A stretch of 64,000 bases of DNA from an uncultured Acidobacteriota bacterium (GTDB lineage: Bacteria; Acidobacteriota; Thermoanaerobaculia; UBA5066; Gp7-AA6), in assembly GCA_963773905.1 (NCBI GenBank), contig CAVZDB010000005.1, forward strand, positions 181,624-245,623, in the 5' to 3' direction. The notes under the pieces were generated by a model, which was not told the origin of the DNA, searched no databases, and saw only the letters and a program-made list of their open reading frames with translations. Positions 61,160-64,000 of the stretch are shown in pieces. A program made the position numbers and the translations under genes. How positions within the stretch are numbered: position 1 is the first letter of the stretch; each line of letters begins with the position of its first letter.

Positions 61160-63560
61160 GGCACGCGGACCCGGACCCGATGCCGGCCGGCCGCCGACGC
61201 GGACGCGGCCGCCGCGGGGATCCGGTTCTCCGGGAGAGGCCGGCCGTCGAGCTCGACCTCGACCCGCCCGGGCGCCCCCTCCCCGCGCGCGATCTCGATC
61301 TCCCAGCTCTCCCCGCGCCACGGGCGGACCATGCGCGCGCGGTCCCAGCCCGGCGGCAGGCAGGGGTCGATCCGGAGACCCTCCCACTCCGGCCGCACGC
61401 CCAGGATCCACTCGGCCACGACGCGATGCAGCCACGCGGCGGAGCCCGTGTACCACGTCCAGCCGCCGCGGCCGTGGTGCGGGGAATCGGGCCCGTCCAC
61501 GTTGCCGGGCAGGACGTAGGGCTCCGCGAAGTAGCGATCCGGATCCTTCTCGGCGGGGTTGATCGCCGCGAGCAGCCGCCCGGCGAGCTCCGCGTCCTTC
61601 GCCTTCGCCGCGGCCGCGATCGCCCACGTCGCCGCGTGGGTGTAGACGCCGCCGTTCTCGCGAAGGCCCGGAGCGTAGCGGGTGATGTAGCCGATCTCGG
61701 GAACGGGCTCGTCGAACGCCGGCGCGAGCAGCAGGGCGCCCGCATCCGAGACGAGGTGTCGCCGGACCGCGGCCAGGCATCGCGCGACGCGCTCGGGCGG
61801 CAGCGACGTCGGAGAGGATCGCCCAGGTCTGCGGATTCAGGAAGATGCGCGCCACGCGGTCCGCCGAGGCGCCGATCGGGCGGCCCGAGTCGGTCGTGCC
61901 CCGCAGATACCATTCGCCGTCCCAGCCGTGGCGATTGATCGCGGCGACCAGCGCCTCCCGCCGGTCCGCGAATTCCGCGGCGAGTCCGGGGAGCCCGCGG
62001 CGAGTCCAGATCTCGGCCCAGTCGCGGAGGAGTCCCGCGAGGAACTCCGCGAGCCAGAACGATTCGCCGCGCTCGGAGAGCCCCATCGCCGACAATCCGT
62101 CGTTCCAGTCGCCGGCGCCCATGGACGGGATGCCGCGGGGGCTCGTCCGCGCGAAGACGCGTCGAAACGCGCGCAGGACGTGGTCGGAGAGCGGGGCCGG
62201 CGCCGGCGCGTCGAGGTACGGGGACTCGTCGTCGAGGATCCCGAGCTCGCCCGGTCTCGCGGATGTGGCTCGCGGCGACGAACGCGAGCCACAGCAGGTC
62301 GTCCGTCATGGTCGTGACGTGGCCCTGCTCGGTCAGCGGATGCCACCAGTGGTAGACCGAGCCGTCGGCGAACTGGTGGGCGGCGTGGAGCCGCAGCTGC
62401 CGCCGGCAGCGCTCGGGTTCGATCGTGAGCCAGACCTGGGAATCCTGGAGCTGATCGCGGAACCCGAAGGCGCCGCTCTGCTGGTAGTAGCCGCAGCGTC
62501 CCCAGAGCCGCGCCGAGATCGCCTGGTAGCGGGCCCAGTCGTTGACGACCGCGTCGAGGGAGGCCTCCGGCGTCTCGAGGCGGTGGGCGGCGAGCCGCTT
62601 CTCCCAGGCGGGGCCCACGCGCGCGAGCGCGGCGTCGATCGCGTCGAGCCGGCCGAAGCGATCCAGGAGGTCCGCGGTCTCGCCGGCGTCGCCCGCGGTC
62701 GCCAGCGCGAAGCCGAGGCGCCGCGTCTCGTCGGGAGCGAAGGCGATCGGGACGCGCAGCGCGCCGATGGGATCCTCGTGGCGGCCGAAGCGGGACGCCC
62801 AGGCCGCCTCGCGAAGCGCCGCCGGATCCGGGAGGTCGCCGAAGCGCCCCAGGAACGCGGCCTTGTCCCCCTCGGCGTCCACGTCCGCGTCCACGGCCTC
62901 GGTCGCGGCGAACGCGCTGACGAACGGGAAGCTCGTGTTCCAGTGCCCGAACGCCTTCGAGGGGACGTCCCACATGTGGTTGCGGGCGAACACGGCGCGC
63001 CGCGGCTCGTCGCGCCAGGTCTCGAGGAAGAGCCGGGCGAACTCGCGGCGCGGCGAGGGCGACACGCCGCAGCACCACTCGAGGAATCCGCTTGCCGACA
63101 GCCGCCGCGCGCGGCCGGAGACGTTCGTGAGCTCGACCAGCCACAGCTCGACGGTCTCCTCCACGTCGACGAAGAGGGTCCAGCGCGACGCGATCCCGTG
63201 GTGGAGCGCCTCGAACACGGTGTAGCCGAAGCCGTGCCGGCACGCGTAGCGCTCGAGCGGCGCCCACGTCGGCGAGGGCGAGAGCGACCAGACGCGGCCG
63301 TCCTCCGCGTCGCGGACGTAGACGAACTTGCCGGAGCGGTCGGCCGCCAGATCCTGCTGCCACCGCGTCACCGTCGCGAGCTGCGAGTTGTCGATCCACG
63401 AGAAGCCGCTGCCGGTGTGGCTGACGGCGAGTCCCACGCGCTCGTTCGCGATGACGTTGACCCACGGCCGCGGAGGCCGCGGGTCCGTGATCACGTATTC
63501 CCGGCCGTCGGCGGAGAAGCGGCCGTAGCGATTCGCGGGGAGCGCGCGCGGCGGGCTCAC
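61156..63560 (-). CDS. GH94 glycoside phosphorylase, frameshifts near 62255 and 61790
   Basis: YGRFSADGREYVI, PRPWVNVIAN, GAFGFRDQLQD, GDWNDG, RENGGVYTH and WTWYTGSA. Confidence 0.9.
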
Positions 63561-64000
63561 GGGCGTCCCCGCAGGACGACCTCCGCCGGCAACCGGCGAA
63601 CGACGATCTCGGCGGCCGCGGGGACCGGGCGCCCGTCGACGGTGGCAGAGACGCGATCTCCCGGCAGCGGCCAGGGGATCGCGAAGCCGCCCGCAGGGGC
63701 CGCGGTGCCGCCGAGCCGTACACGAACCGTGGCGACCTCGGCTCCGGTGGCCGACAGCGCGAGGTCGAGCGTGCCCCAGCGCGTGCGGAGCCCCGAGATC
63801 GCCACGCCGGAGCCCTCGCGCATCCATTCGAGCGGGATGCCCGCTCCCACGACCAGCGCGTCGTCGCCGTCGCGCTCGTAGGCGAACAGGTCGAGGAACG
63901 ACCGGAGGAAGTCGGCGGCCACCCACCCGTGCGGCATGTCGCCGATGAACTTCGGCTCGCGCACGCGCGGCCAGACGACCTCCGCCCACTGGCTCCAGCC
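63557..64000 (-). CDS. C-terminus of a probable six-hairpin glycosidase-like protein (partial)
   Basis: QWAEVVW...FIGDMPHGWVAADF; its stop overlaps the GH94 start and it runs off the window. Confidence 0.6.
   Translation of the reverse strand, partial: GWSQWAEVVWPRVREPKFIGDMPHGWVAADFLRSFLDLFAYERDGDDALVVGAGIPLEWMREGSGVAISGLRTRWGTLDLALSATGAEVATVRVRLGGTAAPAGGFAIPWPLPGDRVSATVDGRPVPAAAEIVVRRLPAEVVLRGRP

Overview
GC-rich bacterial DNA. The gene repertoire (TonB receptor with an N-terminal carboxypeptidase-regulatory-like domain, ACIII-caa3 operon, Asp-box propellers) suggests Acidobacteriota, which is an inference. Many single-base indels, very dense at 55.2-57.4 kb, point to an unpolished long-read assembly, so several fusions and split genes in the ORF track are probably artefacts. 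Layout: (1) 1-5.8 kb, kynurenine pathway cluster (kynA, RidA, nbaC, ACMSD, kynU, kmo). (2) 5.9-38.4 kb, accessory region of short unrelated genes. (3) 38.8-46.8 kb, nrdJ with NrdR boxes, erpA and a TonB receptor. (4) 47-59.8 kb, alternative complex III plus SCO and an A2-type caa3 oxidase. (5) 59.8-64 kb, GH1/GH94 beta-glucoside genes. The main finding is at about 21.9-38.3 kb: an integron-like array of short genes, all on the minus strand from 25.2 kb onward, punctuated by more than 20 copies of a GGGG-TCA-N4-TGA site, often as 45-80 bp inverted dimers. The array surrounds a RAYT-like Y1 HUH transposase that is enclosed by a perfect 23-bp inverted repeat of the same site family. Stop codons abut the sites, two cassettes are duplicated with breakpoints near sites, and an IS110 element has inserted exactly inside one site. 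No integron integrase is visible in the window.
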